From Phoronis australis (lineage: Eukaryota > Animalia > Phoronida), in assembly GCA_002633005.1 (NCBI GenBank), contig NMRA01000247.1, positions 221,208 through 285,207 of the forward strand: DNA of 64,000 nucleotides, given 5' to 3'. The notes beneath the pieces were generated by a model that was not told where the DNA came from, did no database searches, and saw only the letters and a program-made list of their open reading frames with translations. The position numbers and the translations under genes are program-made. This document shows positions 53,701-63,889 of this stretch, piece by piece (position 1 is the stretch's first letter; each line of letters begins with the position of its first letter).

Positions 53701-56700
53701 AATAGCGATTACCCTGCAATGTCCTGGAAAAATATTGATGTGGTAGATGAAGCACCTCACATCACAGGGGTCAAAATGTCACATCACAGGGGTCAAATGA
53801 CTCATTTTACAACAACATGTGGATCAGGAAGGACAGTCACTATTACAAAAATTATAAATTAAACTATAAAATAGAAGAACATTTTAGTAGTCCCCACCAA
53901 GTGACGTGCGTTGACAAGAGTTAAATGTAGCAAGAGTGTGCTAGCAATGGTGGTATAACGCGGAGCTTGAGTTTGCTGATAATGAATAAGCCCACTTACC
54001 ACCCCAGCATTTGTTGCTCGTGATATCCACTAATCCAGTCTGTGAACAGTAATAGCCAGGCGTACATGCCTCACACTGGGAACTGTTAGCCAGACCTGTC
54101 TGAGTGCTGAAGGTGCCCTTGGGACACCCTGAACCAACTGTGGTACCCTGAGGGCAATATAGACCAGCTGGGCATATGTCACCAGTCACGCCATCTGTTG
54201 GCTGAGCTAAGGAAGCTCCAGCAGTGCAGTAGTATCCCTCAGCACATGGCTGGATCGCTTCAGTGTTACCTGCAGAACAAGAGAAATTGTGGCAAAATAT
54301 TACACATAGATAGAATGTTCAAGTGGACAGTAGCCAGTTATCACTAGAGCCGCCTAAAATCAATTCATCAGATCACCAACACATGTCTTGGTTTAACAGA
54401 TTTTTTGCGACATGCCAACACAGCCAGAATAGCAATAAAATCGAATTGCCACCAACACGATATTGTCTGGAAATGTGCTTACTAAACAGTTGCTCTTACA
54501 AATTCCAAAGCAGGAAGGTGGTGTTATCACATGTTTACACAACTGTCTTAATGAATACACAATAACCAGAAGAGCATACAATTACTTGATTTTCAGGATC
54601 ACCAGTCAAAACTACTGCATCCAAATAAATTACCGCTGAATAAGTGGATTGTGTAAGGTTATTCAATGACTACCAGCTCAGACAGGACAAATTCACATAC
54701 TCAATCACATACCTTCCCCAGGACAGTAGTAACCACCCAGGCATGGCGTGCACTGTGAGCTGTTCCCCAGACCTGTGGCATTACTGAATGTCCCTGCCAG
54801 ACACAGGAACTCCATGCTGTGCTTGGTGCCCACGGGGCAATAAGAGCCAGCAGGACAATTAGTTGGCACGGCAACACCACGGTAACTACGGTAACGGCCA
54901 GAGAAGTTACCCGACAGGGTCATATTTTCAGCATCCAATAGTTCATAGTCACCTTAAATAAAAGAAACCATTTATTAGCTTCAATTTATATTTGTTCACT
55001 TATTTCAGATGCCTCACAGCAGTGTCTTTGTTGAATGAAAAACTAACTTGCAATGTTAAGATTGTTGTATGTGAAAGCAGCTTTGATGCTGTTATCATGA
55101 AGAGTCAGTATCACACACATTTCATGCTTAGAACATTTAGAACAAAGTGAACATTGGCCAATATTCCTTCATACATTACTAAGAGCTGAGTTTACTTCAA
55201 CTGTATATTTTTGGATAAGTCTTCATTTATCTGTTTGCATGCACTTCTGCCTGGGCCCTCTGGAAGGCCTGCATTTCACACTGAATACCTAAATACTCCG
55301 TCCCTCATAGTTCAATGGCAGCAAAGATAACATTGGTTATTACTCCATCATCCCTTAATGAGAATTAAGAGCACAATGACTGTTACATATTAAATATTTG
55401 AGAACTATAACATTAAGTGTTTAATACCGGTCTTGAAATTCAGACATTTTTCACACTGAAATTTTTCAAAGTTGCATTTTCTGGCAGCGTGCATTAAAGA
55501 TACTTCATATCTCACCAAATGCTTTGCAGTAAGATCCTTGAGGACAGACGTCACATGTTGACTGGGCCCAGTGGGGCTGATACCAGCCAGATGGACAACC
55601 TGTCTGGTTCCAGCTACCTTGTGGACAGAAATGACCCGGACTGCAGGCAAGGTTTGTTGGGCGTGGCTCGCTTTGACCCCCAGGGCAGAAGTAGCCAGCG
55701 TCACAAGGGGCAGTAGGCTCCGCAAGTCCAAAGGCTTGGCAGTACATACCAGGGACACAGTCCACACAGTCAGTAATGTTAACACTACCAGTTCTGTCTG
55801 TATACAAGTGATAAATAGTTAATAGCAATTCTCACTTAAAGACAAGTAGTAACAATTAAAGTAAATGCTTATGTGTGGCTTTTTAATTTGAACGATATAA
55901 ATCAACTCAGCCACTGACACACTGCAACTCACCATGGTAAATTTTTAATAAAAGCTCAAGTTGGAAAACATCCTCAGTCAAAACGTAGACCAGACGAATG
56001 TCCCTAAATACATCTGACCGTACATATTTTGCACAATGTTCGAGAAAGTTAATGCACAGAAATAACAAGATCTGCACACATCAATACCAAACTAAAGTTC
56101 GACAAGACAAGAAAGCACAAATTGAAAAATGCTGCGCATAGTATGTATACCATGCTTTATGTACGGAGTCACACTCACTGGCATAAGTTCCTGGTGGACA
56201 AGCTTGCTGCACTGTTGTTCCTTCAGGACAGTAATGTCCCAGAATGCACTCCACTGGATTAGAGACGGCAGATGTACCATTGCAGAAGTAACCATCAGTA
56301 CAGTTACCAGTGGGTGAGGGATTCCCCAGTCCGCTGCAGTATTGACCAAGGGGGCAGGGGGTCTCACGATCTGAGCCCTGGGGGCAGTAGTAGCCTAAAA
56401 CAGAAAAAGTGAATAATGAATCCAATGCAGTATAGTCAACTTTCCAAAATTAAAATTTGCAAGAAGTCCCAAATTCTTTCAATGGCAGATCCAAAAGTAA
56501 TCTCTCATGTGTAGGAATGGTCATTACAACTTCCCACTAGTAATTTTTAAAGCCTCAATGCAGAAGTTGGTTTAAGTGCATACACATACTTCAGTAACCG
56601 AATGCTGTTTCACCAGATTTTGGCATTAAACACTTTTAAAGGATCCATGAAAGGCATTTCAGGTTGTAACCCAGGACACAAATAATCTCACCTGCTCTGC

Positions 56701-59700
56701 AAATGCCACCTGTGAAGTTCATGGAGTAGATGGGACATGTCCCATTCACACTGTACGACTCTGATGTGTTCACATACGGTTGAGGTTTGTTCGAATAGGC
56801 ACCACGTTGGCAATACCATCCTGGGGCACAGTCACCAGATGGCTCTGCCAGCCCGAGGCCATCGCAGTATTTACCAGCTAAAAGATTGATAATGAGGCAA
56901 CGGGGTATTGAAGTTCTTTCACAAGCTAATTTACTAAATCTTCACATACTAAAAGAGAAATTATGATTTCATTATTCAGCTTGTTGCAGTTATTCAAACC
57001 AAGGTTGAATTTTTCATCAATTTTATTTGAGGCCTTAGCATTTTTCTGCATATTAAGGTACCATCAACTTAAATTTTAATGATCAAAAACTTGTTTTAAA
57101 AACGTGGACATAATGAATATTTTTTAAAATGCGTTTATGTACGAAAGGAATTGAAAGAAATTTTATCAGACTCCAGTATTGTAGGCACATGTAAACACAA
57201 TGTTTAATGTTTGAGTTGGTTTACTGTACTATATTCTTCTCACAACTACACCAGCTTAGTGTCAATCTGTACCTGTACAGGGCAAACAGTCAGTCTGGGC
57301 CTGAGCAGTGGTCATATTGTTGTATGTGCCCGCTGGACACTGGTACTCTCTAGCCCAGCTTGTACCCGCAGGGCAGTAGGCACCTGTATGGAAGAGCATT
57401 GTCATGGTAACGATATGTAGTAAAGGACAGACGAATGCAGTAATACTTTAAAAATGGTAATGTTAAAAATTTTACAGTAACTGTAATCACAAAGAAATTC
57501 ATTTTAAAACATTACAAAAAACATGAAAAAATAAGCATGCTAGAATTGAATAATGACTTGTCCGAGATAAAATTCATTTTCAAATCGGTGAGTTTCTGAA
57601 ATACATATAATTTACAATCAGTGTTTGTCAAAGATATCAATTTCCACAAAATACAGTGGCAAACGAATCTTAACTACCGCTTAGTAAATGAGCTTTCATG
57701 TTGTAGGCCGTATGTTGACAATAAGCCAAAAAAGCTCATGATTATTTCTATTATGAAAATACAAAAGGTTCTCATAAAGGCTGACAATGTGCATTCTGTA
57801 TTCATACAAATGTTATCAGGAAAATTCCAGTTATTTTTCACAACAAATCTATTTTTACACAAACCTCTTGGACAGGGAGTGTCTGCATAGGTGGTTGAGT
57901 TTTCCAGGCAGTAGTAGCCAGCCCGGCATTCTGTACACAGTGACTGATGGGAGTTAGAGGCATAGGTACCTGCAGGGCAACCAATCTGATGTGACGAGCC
58001 CTGGGGGCAGTAATGACCAGGGGTACAATAGCCTGCAGGTGAAGGAAAGACAAATATCACACTGCTCAAGATTCCCATATTGCAAACACTGGCTTTAAAC
58101 ATTAAAAAAATAAAATTTATTGTAGGCCATCAGCCACTTATACATTGTCTAAACAACACTTATGTCACATATGCACATGAATTTCAATTACAAAAATACT
58201 AAAAACTATTTTAAGTTTCAAAATTTATTAAGTAACATCTCTGATTCTTAACTATTATTATAGGACATTTTGCACTATTCAACATTAAGATCTCCTGATT
58301 TTCTATAATTCTGAAAACAAACACTAGTAGCATGTATTAGAAGCCTTAACTACACTAACAGTTTTGCACTATTTAGTAATTAAGACTTTGTTAACTTGAG
58401 CATGTAGTCCCTCCTAGAGGCTGAAAACTTGTTGGAGAGCTAAGCTTTAGATTGTAAACATCAATGAGAGAACTGCGTAACCCAGGCATTTAAAATACTA
58501 TCTGAATATCAATGAGTGATCACATGGTTACAAAGTACAGTAAACTAGAATTTAGCTTAAGAAATCTTTGAACAAGGTGCTTAAATGGACAAAGTCAAAA
58601 GTTTTGTTTATCACGATAAAAACATGGTTTGGTGCAGGAGAACTATAAATACATAGTTATTACCATCACCATTAAAATGCTTTTTCTACAGCATAGAAAG
58701 AGTTTCCTTAGCAAAAGAACTGCTACATTGTCTGTATGCATTATGACAAAAGTGAAGTCTCTGACATTAAAACAGAGAAATGTGGCAATACAGTAGAGTC
58801 AAATGTAATGAACTCTGGCTCACCTCCAAATCCTGTGTTGTTATTGGACGGTGCTGGGGTATCTACACCCTCCGTACAATAGAATCCTGGGTAACATTTG
58901 CCAGTGGTTGATGACTGGCCAGTTGTCTCACAGTAGTACCTGTAACAACACGCAAGTTCCAAAACTTAACCGCATTTGACACCAATTGGTAGGTAAGTAC
59001 CAATGAATGTAAACTGCACACATTATGCATTTCAGACATGAATAGTATACTTTTGAATGACATAGATTTCTGATGGCGCAGAATTCAAAATTCATATCAG
59101 AAAACAGGCACGTGTAAGTAAAGTATTGCATAAACCAACTGTTAAGCCTACCCTCCATCACACTGAGTGCACTCTGAGGCATCCTGTAGCTCTACACCAG
59201 GGCCATAGGTACCCTTTGGACATGACTGCTGATTGAAACCAGTAGTGCCAGGGCAGTACTTGCCCGGGGGACAAGAGTCCACGCGGTCCTTGTTCACACA
59301 GTAGAAACGTGGTGGGCATGGGTCACACACCTCTGCCTGGGTATGATTCATGTAATAGCCTGCAAATGAAAGTGATCGCTGAGTACCCATATATTAACAA
59401 CCGCAAACTGAGTGAAACTTTAACAGATAGGAAAACTCATGACATGATAACAGGAACGCTGTATTACCATTGCTGCTGGGTGAAACATTAAGTGCAAATT
59501 TTTCAAATTTATTCTTCCCATAAACAAGAAGAAATCACTATTGTTATTATTACAAAGGGTGGGGTCAAAGTCAGGTCAAATGACTTCTAGGTGGCTAATA
59601 AATGAACAAAAGTCAAAGAAAACTAATTTAAATTAAAATTTTCAACTACTCTAGAGCATCGTAAACACAAACTCATCACAACTTGAACAGTCATCAGTTA

Positions 59701-62700
59701 GGCGCACCATGTAACTCCATGCTCAACAAGCAACATATTTCCCCTGATTTGAGCACCAATACTAATTAGTTCAACATTCTTTCCGCCACTTCAAAATGAA
59801 AACCATGACATGGCAAGTAATCATATTTCATAAATTAGGAAACGGCCATGATTTAGCAAAATATGACTCACCATCATTACAAGGTAGTGGAACAGCTGTG
59901 CCATTAGGACAAAAACGGCCTGTGGGGCAAATATCACCAGTAACGCCATCTGTGGGTGAACTACTGTTGGCTTTTAGAGTACAGTAGAAGCCAGCCGCAC
60001 AGTTTCCTGCAGTACAAACAAGAGGTGAAAATACTACAACATTAACACTTGTAAGTCAGTGTGTTTATTGAACATTTAGATAAACAAGTTCAAGGTCTGT
60101 CCAAGAATCAAGCAGGTAAAACTCAGGAATAAAATATTTCAATATTCTTAGGCACGATTCAACGACCCAAGCATCGCAATTTCAGTCCACGAATTTATCA
60201 TGACAGTATAATTAGGAGCATAAAAACATTCAACCAAAGTTCTCCAGTTAGGGACAATGAAAAATTAATTTTACAAGCACAAGGATAGAGATTGCAACAA
60301 ATTACAGAAATAGGCAATACTGGTCATCTCATATTGAAGAATTACAATAAATGACATGTATGACATACTATCATTCGCCTCAATTTTACACAATATGGGA
60401 AACCACTAAATGTTGTGTTGGCACCTATTTTTGATGATTTTATGACCAGTCGATTCTTACTTTTGATAAAATTTACAGTGTCCAATATTTTAAGAAAGAC
60501 AATTAATGCCAAAATTGCTCAAGTCCCAACATTCAGAATCAAGAAAATTCAATTTCAATTTAAAACCTGTGTCCCAAATTTAAGAGATTGGCTGAAACTG
60601 TAGAATTTTCACCTTGTACAAACATAGTCATCATTCTGAATAAATCAAACCAGCCAATGGCTGCAAGAGTTAGGTGGTTGCCTAGAGAGAAATTAAATTA
60701 ATTTCCCCAAAGTGTCAAGAAAACTACAATATGACATACCTGTGTAAGAAGTCTGTCCAGGTGAGTCGCAGTATTTACCGGGTGGACAGTCCAGACAGTC
60801 CGTAATCTCATCATTGGTGGTATTGGGCAGGTAAGTACCTACTGGACACTTAATGGGCGTGCCTGTCTGCTCGGGACAGTAGTGACCGGCAGGACAGATG
60901 TCACCATATGTCTGGCCAACAGGGTCAGGATTGATGGCCCCAGATGTGCAGTAATAGCCAGCATGGCAGCTGCCATTGGGAGCAGTCAAGCCTGGGAGAA
61001 AAAAGAAAATAAATGATATTTCAAACTACATAAACTAAAACAACATGTTTTTAGGAATGGGATTACTCCATCAAAAAACAGAACAGACGCATGGAAAAAC
61101 ATATTTTAATTCAGGGGGAGTAACTTTGTAATTAAGCCAAAGCATACTGGTTTGGGTCCTTAGGCTGGTAGATGCCTTCACACACAACTGCACCACTAAC
61201 AATTCAAAACCTGATTGACGTTGAGTTACTAACTGCTTCTATTAAAAAACTAGTTTTGATGCCAATGTGTAGGCTTTAAAAAAGGAACTTTGCTAAAATG
61301 GGTGTGGCACAGGTTCCAAAATGAGCCTGGCATATTAGAGTTAGTAGTATTTTGGGGAGACCTCCAGCGCTCTTCGAATTGCAAATACTGGGATGCCGGT
61401 AAGCAAACATTTCGACTCGTGTTTCCATTCATTGGATGATTTCACAGGTGGTACTCTTGTAGGAAGTAGAAAGTTAAATGCATTATCAACTATCAAATCC
61501 ATATCCACAGTCTCAGCAGTACTGTGGGATTTGCTGCCAATTACCCATACCCTAATTTACTCCCCCTTGCCATTTCCCTATGCCCCCTTCCTTACAAAAG
61601 GTTCTCTGTCTTATTGAATTGTTTTACTGTGCTGTACTCTATTGCTTACAACTACTTGCCACTGAAGAAGTGTGCAAGTATGACACGTCTAGAAGCTCTT
61701 AATTGTTTTACCAATTTATCATCTTCTTGTTACCTTTTTTCTATTTTGTAAAACAGTACTGCATTTTAAGCAAGTGTGTTTTAGAAGCATAATGAGAAAA
61801 TTAAGTGAATCAATTGTTTAGTTCATTTGAAACAAATGGTTGGTAAGGCCGGGGCTTTGAAAATCTCAAAAAGGTGCCTAGGATGCAATTTTTACATTAT
61901 GTCTCATGAAAGGGCAAATTTAGATTTATCAATTTAATTAGTTAAATTGTTAGGGCGTGATACAATTACAAACCTTCCACAAGACAGAACATTCCCGGTG
62001 TGCATGCATTACACTCTGTTATATTCTCCAAGCCATAGCCATTACTATATGTGCCCTGTGGACACTTGGTACCCTGGTCTGAACCTTTGGGACAGTAATA
62101 GCCTGGAACACACTCATAGCCAGTTACGCCATCTGTAGGCCGGGAGGAATTTGAGCCAGACACACAGACATACCCAGCATCACACTGGTCTGTGGGAATT
62201 GTAAGGCCTGGAAAAAGAAACGGAACAACAACTTCATGATTTGGAGGTTTAGATCAATCTGGTTATTGATTGGACACATAACCTTAGACCAAATGTTGTT
62301 GGTCGATAAGCAACTCAAGAAAGTACCATTTTTATTAGAAAAGTAAAGATGACCTAAAAAGAATGACTTGACTGTAACAGTTAAGCCTCGTCATAATTTC
62401 AATCAAACATACTAGTACACGGAAGTATATTTATAATGAACTGGAATAATCCAGCAGGTAACTTCAGTCTGTTATAGTGTGTTGTTAACACCAACTCACC
62501 ATAGTTATCACAGTAGTACCCTCCAGTGCAGGAGGTGCATTGATCCTCTCTCTCCAGTCCTGTCTGGTTACTGAATGTACCAGGTGGGCACCTGTACGCA
62601 TTCTTGGAAGGGGTATTCAGAGGGCAGTAGCTGCCAGCAGGGCACATAGATGGAGTGACTACACCATGGCTGGATTCATTATAAAAGGCAGCAGCCTCCA

Positions 62701-63783
62701 CTGGATCGCAGTATCTATGAAAAGTGATTTTGATGCATAACTAACAGGCATTTGATCTGCTCAGAAAATTCACTACCATTACCTTGTGTTGTGATTTTTA
62801 TGGCTTAGTATAAGCACTCGAATAAACCAAAAAAACACCAACAAACATCATTACTACAAAAAGAGGTGGTTTCCACCAATCAGTCACAGGCAGTTGAATG
62901 AGCTTGACAAGAAAGGTCAGGAAATACTGACCAGGAATCATGATATCTTAAAATGTTTAGACGTCATTATGTATAGGATAGGCACTTCAAGAGCCACTTA
63001 AATATTTCATTATAAATCTAATGAACATAAAATGAAACAAAACAGATAACTATGATATAATCAACCGAATGTTTCTGACATAACTACAAAATTAATCTGC
63101 ATTAGACATAGATATTGTGGAATATAGGAAACTTTTTTACCTGCCACTAGGACATGACTTGCAATCCATCTGTCCAACTTCATTTTGGAACTTGCCACCA
63201 TCGCACGCCAATGGTATTGCAGTCTCTCCAGGACAATAATGACCTATAGTGCAGTTGTAGCCAGCAGGTGTTGCTGTTGTTTCACCAGGTGGACAATAAA
63301 ATCTTGCTGCACATGGACCAGTGTAGTTGGTGTTGCCTACACCAGAGCAGTAGTACCCTCCTGTACAGGGATCACAGTTGCTGCTGCCAGTGTTCCCTGC
63401 TGTGTTCGACATGGTACCTTCTGGGCAAGGGGTCGGAGTGACTGAGCCTTGAACACAGTAGTATCCAGGTGGGCACTCCGCCTCCGGTGGATCCACACGG
63501 TAGGCACTTCCATTGCAATAGAAACCAGCGTTGCAGAGACCATTGGGTGTGGTGCGCGCATACCCAGCACAATACGACCCACCATCGCAAGAGACAGGAT
63601 ACGACGACCCGCTGGGGCAATAAGTACCAGGCCAGCAGCGCCCCCCAGTGTAGTTGACAAGAGGACAACTACAATCAGCTAAGTTGGTGGCATTTCCTGT
63701 TGTGACAGGTTCAGCCATGTACGACCCACCTGTGCAGTAGTAGCCTGCAGTACAGTTACCACTGGTGGCACTCATGCCATCAC
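4360..63783 (-). CDS. Giant multi-exon gene, 5'-incomplete: Cys-rich Ephrin_rec_like/GCC2-GCC3 repeat single-pass membrane protein with a long coiled-coil cytoplasmic region (uncharacterised family)
   Basis: 69 exons, all GT-AG and phase-consistent. In + coordinates and transcription order: 63141-63783, 62500-62714, 61974-62207, 60740-60991, 59872-60006, 59152-59359, 58824-58939, 57865-58032, 57273-57383, 56692-56877, 56179-56394, 55516-55797, 54713-54952, 54000-54269, 53385-53564, 52430-52537, 51527-51796, 50704-50913, 49252-49551, 47329-47487, 46616-46798, 45887-46048, 45513-45722, 44376-44561, 43661-43933, 41875-42009, 41180-41404, 40840-40971, 40087-40251, 38992-39114, 38534-38705, 38114-38289, 36814-37005, 36179-36400, 34373-34626, 33710-33930, 32303-32532, 31036-31179, 30178-30342, 29207-29642, 28093-28367, 26504-27680, 26131-26275, 25213-25345, 24314-24659, 23579-23727, 23062-23239, 22353-22420, 21691-22020, 21158-21342, 20390-20561, 19775-19950, 19283-19477, 18639-19049, 18385-18513, 17961-18161, 17240-17446, 15924-16127, 14709-14954, 13367-13703, 12080-12243, 11407-11544, 9754-9885, 8467-8767, 7930-8262, 6972-7260, 6340-6482, 5597-5706, 4360-4740 (TAA at 4360-4362). 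Lengths sum to 15,764 nt (2 nt plus 5,254 codons including the stop). Confidence 0.92.
4781..4805. repeat. (CG)5(TG)7 alternating purine-pyrimidine microsatellite
   Basis: cgcgcgcgcgtgtgtgtgtgtgtgt lies in the last intron, 40 nt from the acceptor. Confidence 0.95.
7273..7307. repeat. (TCAGG)n pentamer microsatellite
   Basis: aggtcaggtcaggtcaggtcacatcaggtcaggtt. Confidence 0.9.
9754..22420 (-). CDS. Cytoplasmic coiled-coil region exons (E/K/Q/R/L-rich)
   Basis: Charged helical sequence such as LEDQNLHLAAQLAKQEQDL, LERKLAEKRRRKEQEL and MREKLAERKRRKMAEL. Many exons are phase 0-0. Confidence 0.9.
10110..10640 (+). mobile_element. Penelope-like retroelement relic (RT C-terminus / GIY-YIG endonuclease region, frameshifted and deleted)
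   Basis: VTIPFISGVSDRIKSHLRNFDIATALKPINSPRSQLVWVKDKVPRDKS, then after a frameshift IVVYGIMC, then HSFDTSDVCILDHEENWFKRGVKQSIY...PPLNHQGGLRFKL. These match the typical PLE C-terminal pattern. A decayed hammerhead-like motif follows at 10577-10614. Confidence 0.88.
12338..12835. mobile_element. Fold-back insertion: perfect 171-bp inverted repeat flanked by 13-bp direct repeats, probably derived from a PLE terminal repeat
   Basis: Arms 12405-12575 and 12653-12823 are reverse complements with a 77-bp spacer. ggtgcattatttg occurs at 12338-12350 and 12823-12835. Confidence 0.85.
12674..12711 (+). ncRNA. Minimal type-I hammerhead ribozyme-like motif, U3-A8 core variant (mirror copy on the minus strand at 12517-12554)
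   Basis: cac-TTGAGAA-t-gaaaca(agta)tgtttc-GAAA-TA-TC-gtg: stem I cac/gtg, 6-bp stem II, minimal palindromic stem III. Confidence 0.5.
13854..13867 (+). promoter_or_regulatory. CTCF-consensus motif
   Basis: CCACTAGATGGCGC matches CCASYAGRKGGCRS. Confidence 0.5.
13997..14010 (+). promoter_or_regulatory. CTCF-consensus motif
   Basis: CCACTAGGGGGCAC matches CCASYAGRKGGCRS. Confidence 0.5.
23062..23239 (-). CDS. Transmembrane-helix exon (absent from the ORF track)
   Basis: tctag|GT ATG CTG GTG TTC... encodes (WGLII)GMLVFLAVCVLAVVIAVIVW followed by RPR, which fits the positive-inside rule. It ends AA|gtgagt, and both phases match the flanking exons. Confidence 0.9.
23579..25345 (-). CDS. Juxtamembrane Cys-poor extracellular domain exons, with an RRRLL site
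   Basis: Exons 25213-25345, 24314-24659 and 23579-23727 splice in frame: TLTNVIGPEP...NNVRRRLLATA...NPLICLEINDQILFRV...YPVYVKNHLYNSNPSFDYGPF...FLHVFTEAGTNVFADS...EEPDWGLII. Confidence 0.88.
25350..25635. repeat. 56-bp minisatellite, 5 copies plus 6 nt
   Basis: Unit aaca(a/t)(t/c)aagtattatcctcaccatggttggtactgtggagtaacatgtgaacaatg; copies are near-identical, with a period of 56. Confidence 0.97.
26131..63783 (-). CDS. Ectodomain-coding exons: tandem Cys-rich CPxGxYCPxG (Ephrin_rec_like / GCC2-GCC3 type) repeats
   Basis: Essentially all exons translate to CxxGxYC-type repeats, e.g. CPPGYYCVQGSVTPTPCPEGT and CPAGHYCPEQTGTPIKCPVGT. N-x-S/T sequons are very frequent (NYT, NHT, NTT, NST, NAT), and most exons are phase 1-1. 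Confidence 0.9.
29676..29864. repeat. Imperfect fold-back palindrome (~85-bp arms), PLE terminal-repeat-like
   Basis: The left arm ...cttgacatattttggtgtcatttattcaaacatcataatcagaagagagaatatagtg is an approximate reverse complement of cactatattctctcttctgatgatggtgtttgaatacatgataccgaaacatgtcaag... Confidence 0.85.
29796..29840 (+). ncRNA. Minimal type-I hammerhead ribozyme-like motif with canonical core
   Basis: ctt-CTGATGA-t-ggtgt(ttgaatacatg)atacc-GAAA-CATG-TC-aag: stem I ctt/aag, stem II ggtgt/atacc, palindromic stem III CATG. Confidence 0.6.
47740..48020 (-). mobile_element. Degraded Penelope-like 3' relic with a CTGATGA...GAAA motif
   Basis: The minus strand gives PVGH.. and NYWIYSK..LPN remnants resembling a GIY-YIG C-terminus, followed downstream by gc-CTGATGA-gacatacagtctc-GAAA-TA-TA-gc (47753-47784). 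Confidence 0.45.
48043..48927 (+). mobile_element. Kolobok-type DNA transposon, internally deleted, with a KolX / P2X7-ballast-like pseudogene fragment
   Basis: 12-bp TIR aggagaatgcca/tggcattctcct, with TTAA on the left (48039-48042) and TCAA on the right (48928-48931). The internal frame from 48422 reads GYQFEPEYTD...G*FQKPFEWCQCTNCMTMETIDTCGCCHKIP. Confidence 0.8.
49711..50230. mobile_element. Composite tRNA-derived (SINE-like) repeat: three tRNA-like heads, two forming an inverted repeat, with 12-bp flanking direct repeats
   Basis: A-box TAGCTCAGTGGT and B-box GGTTCGATTCC are present. Copies lie at about 49722-49822 (-), 49998-50072 (-, truncated) and 50080-50170 (+). The inverted repeat spans 49955-50220, and atttcaaatcaa occurs at 49711-49722 and 50219-50230. 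Confidence 0.8.
52960..53160. repeat. Imperfect fold-back palindrome with a TTGACAA...GAAA motif, inserted in a HINE-like repeat
   Basis: aagggtgtgctacagact / agtctgtagcacaccctt forms the core hairpin. The minus strand reads TTGACAA-a-gagtg(cat)cactc-GAAA-CG-TA. Flanking catgta.cataagtggt modules lie at ~52891 and 53162. Confidence 0.7.
53758..53797. repeat. 18-bp direct repeat
   Basis: cacatcacaggggtcaaa occurs twice. Confidence 0.85.
61340..61745 (+). mobile_element. Penelope-like retroelement relic (GIY-YIG fragment plus decayed 3' repeat)
   Basis: YFGETSSALRIAN resembles YIGETxxxLRxR, and PVSKHFDSCFHSLDDF resembles PVxxHFNxxxHSxxD. Downstream is CTGAAGAagtgt...acac at ~61662. Confidence 0.65.
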
Positions 63784-63889
63784 CTGAAATTGAAATGCAA
63801 TTTATTATCTGTTAGTAAAGAAAAAGAATGATTAGATACAATGACTTTCATTTCATAGGATTTAAAATTCTCTTCTTACGATTTATACT

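Noticed and set aside
26131-63783. Many separate small Cys-rich genes, or a cassette array of alternative exons
   Set aside because: The ORF fragments have GT-AG boundaries and join in one continuous frame, with repeats split across junctions. Adjacent exons are not paralogous mutually exclusive cassettes.
4360-63783. Assignment to SVEP1, SCUBE, ELAPOR, PCSK5, MEGF or an Eph receptor
   Set aside because: These share only short Cys-repeat similarity. No CUB, sushi, vWA, protease or kinase domain is visible in the window and the cytoplasmic region is unlike theirs, so no gene symbol is given.
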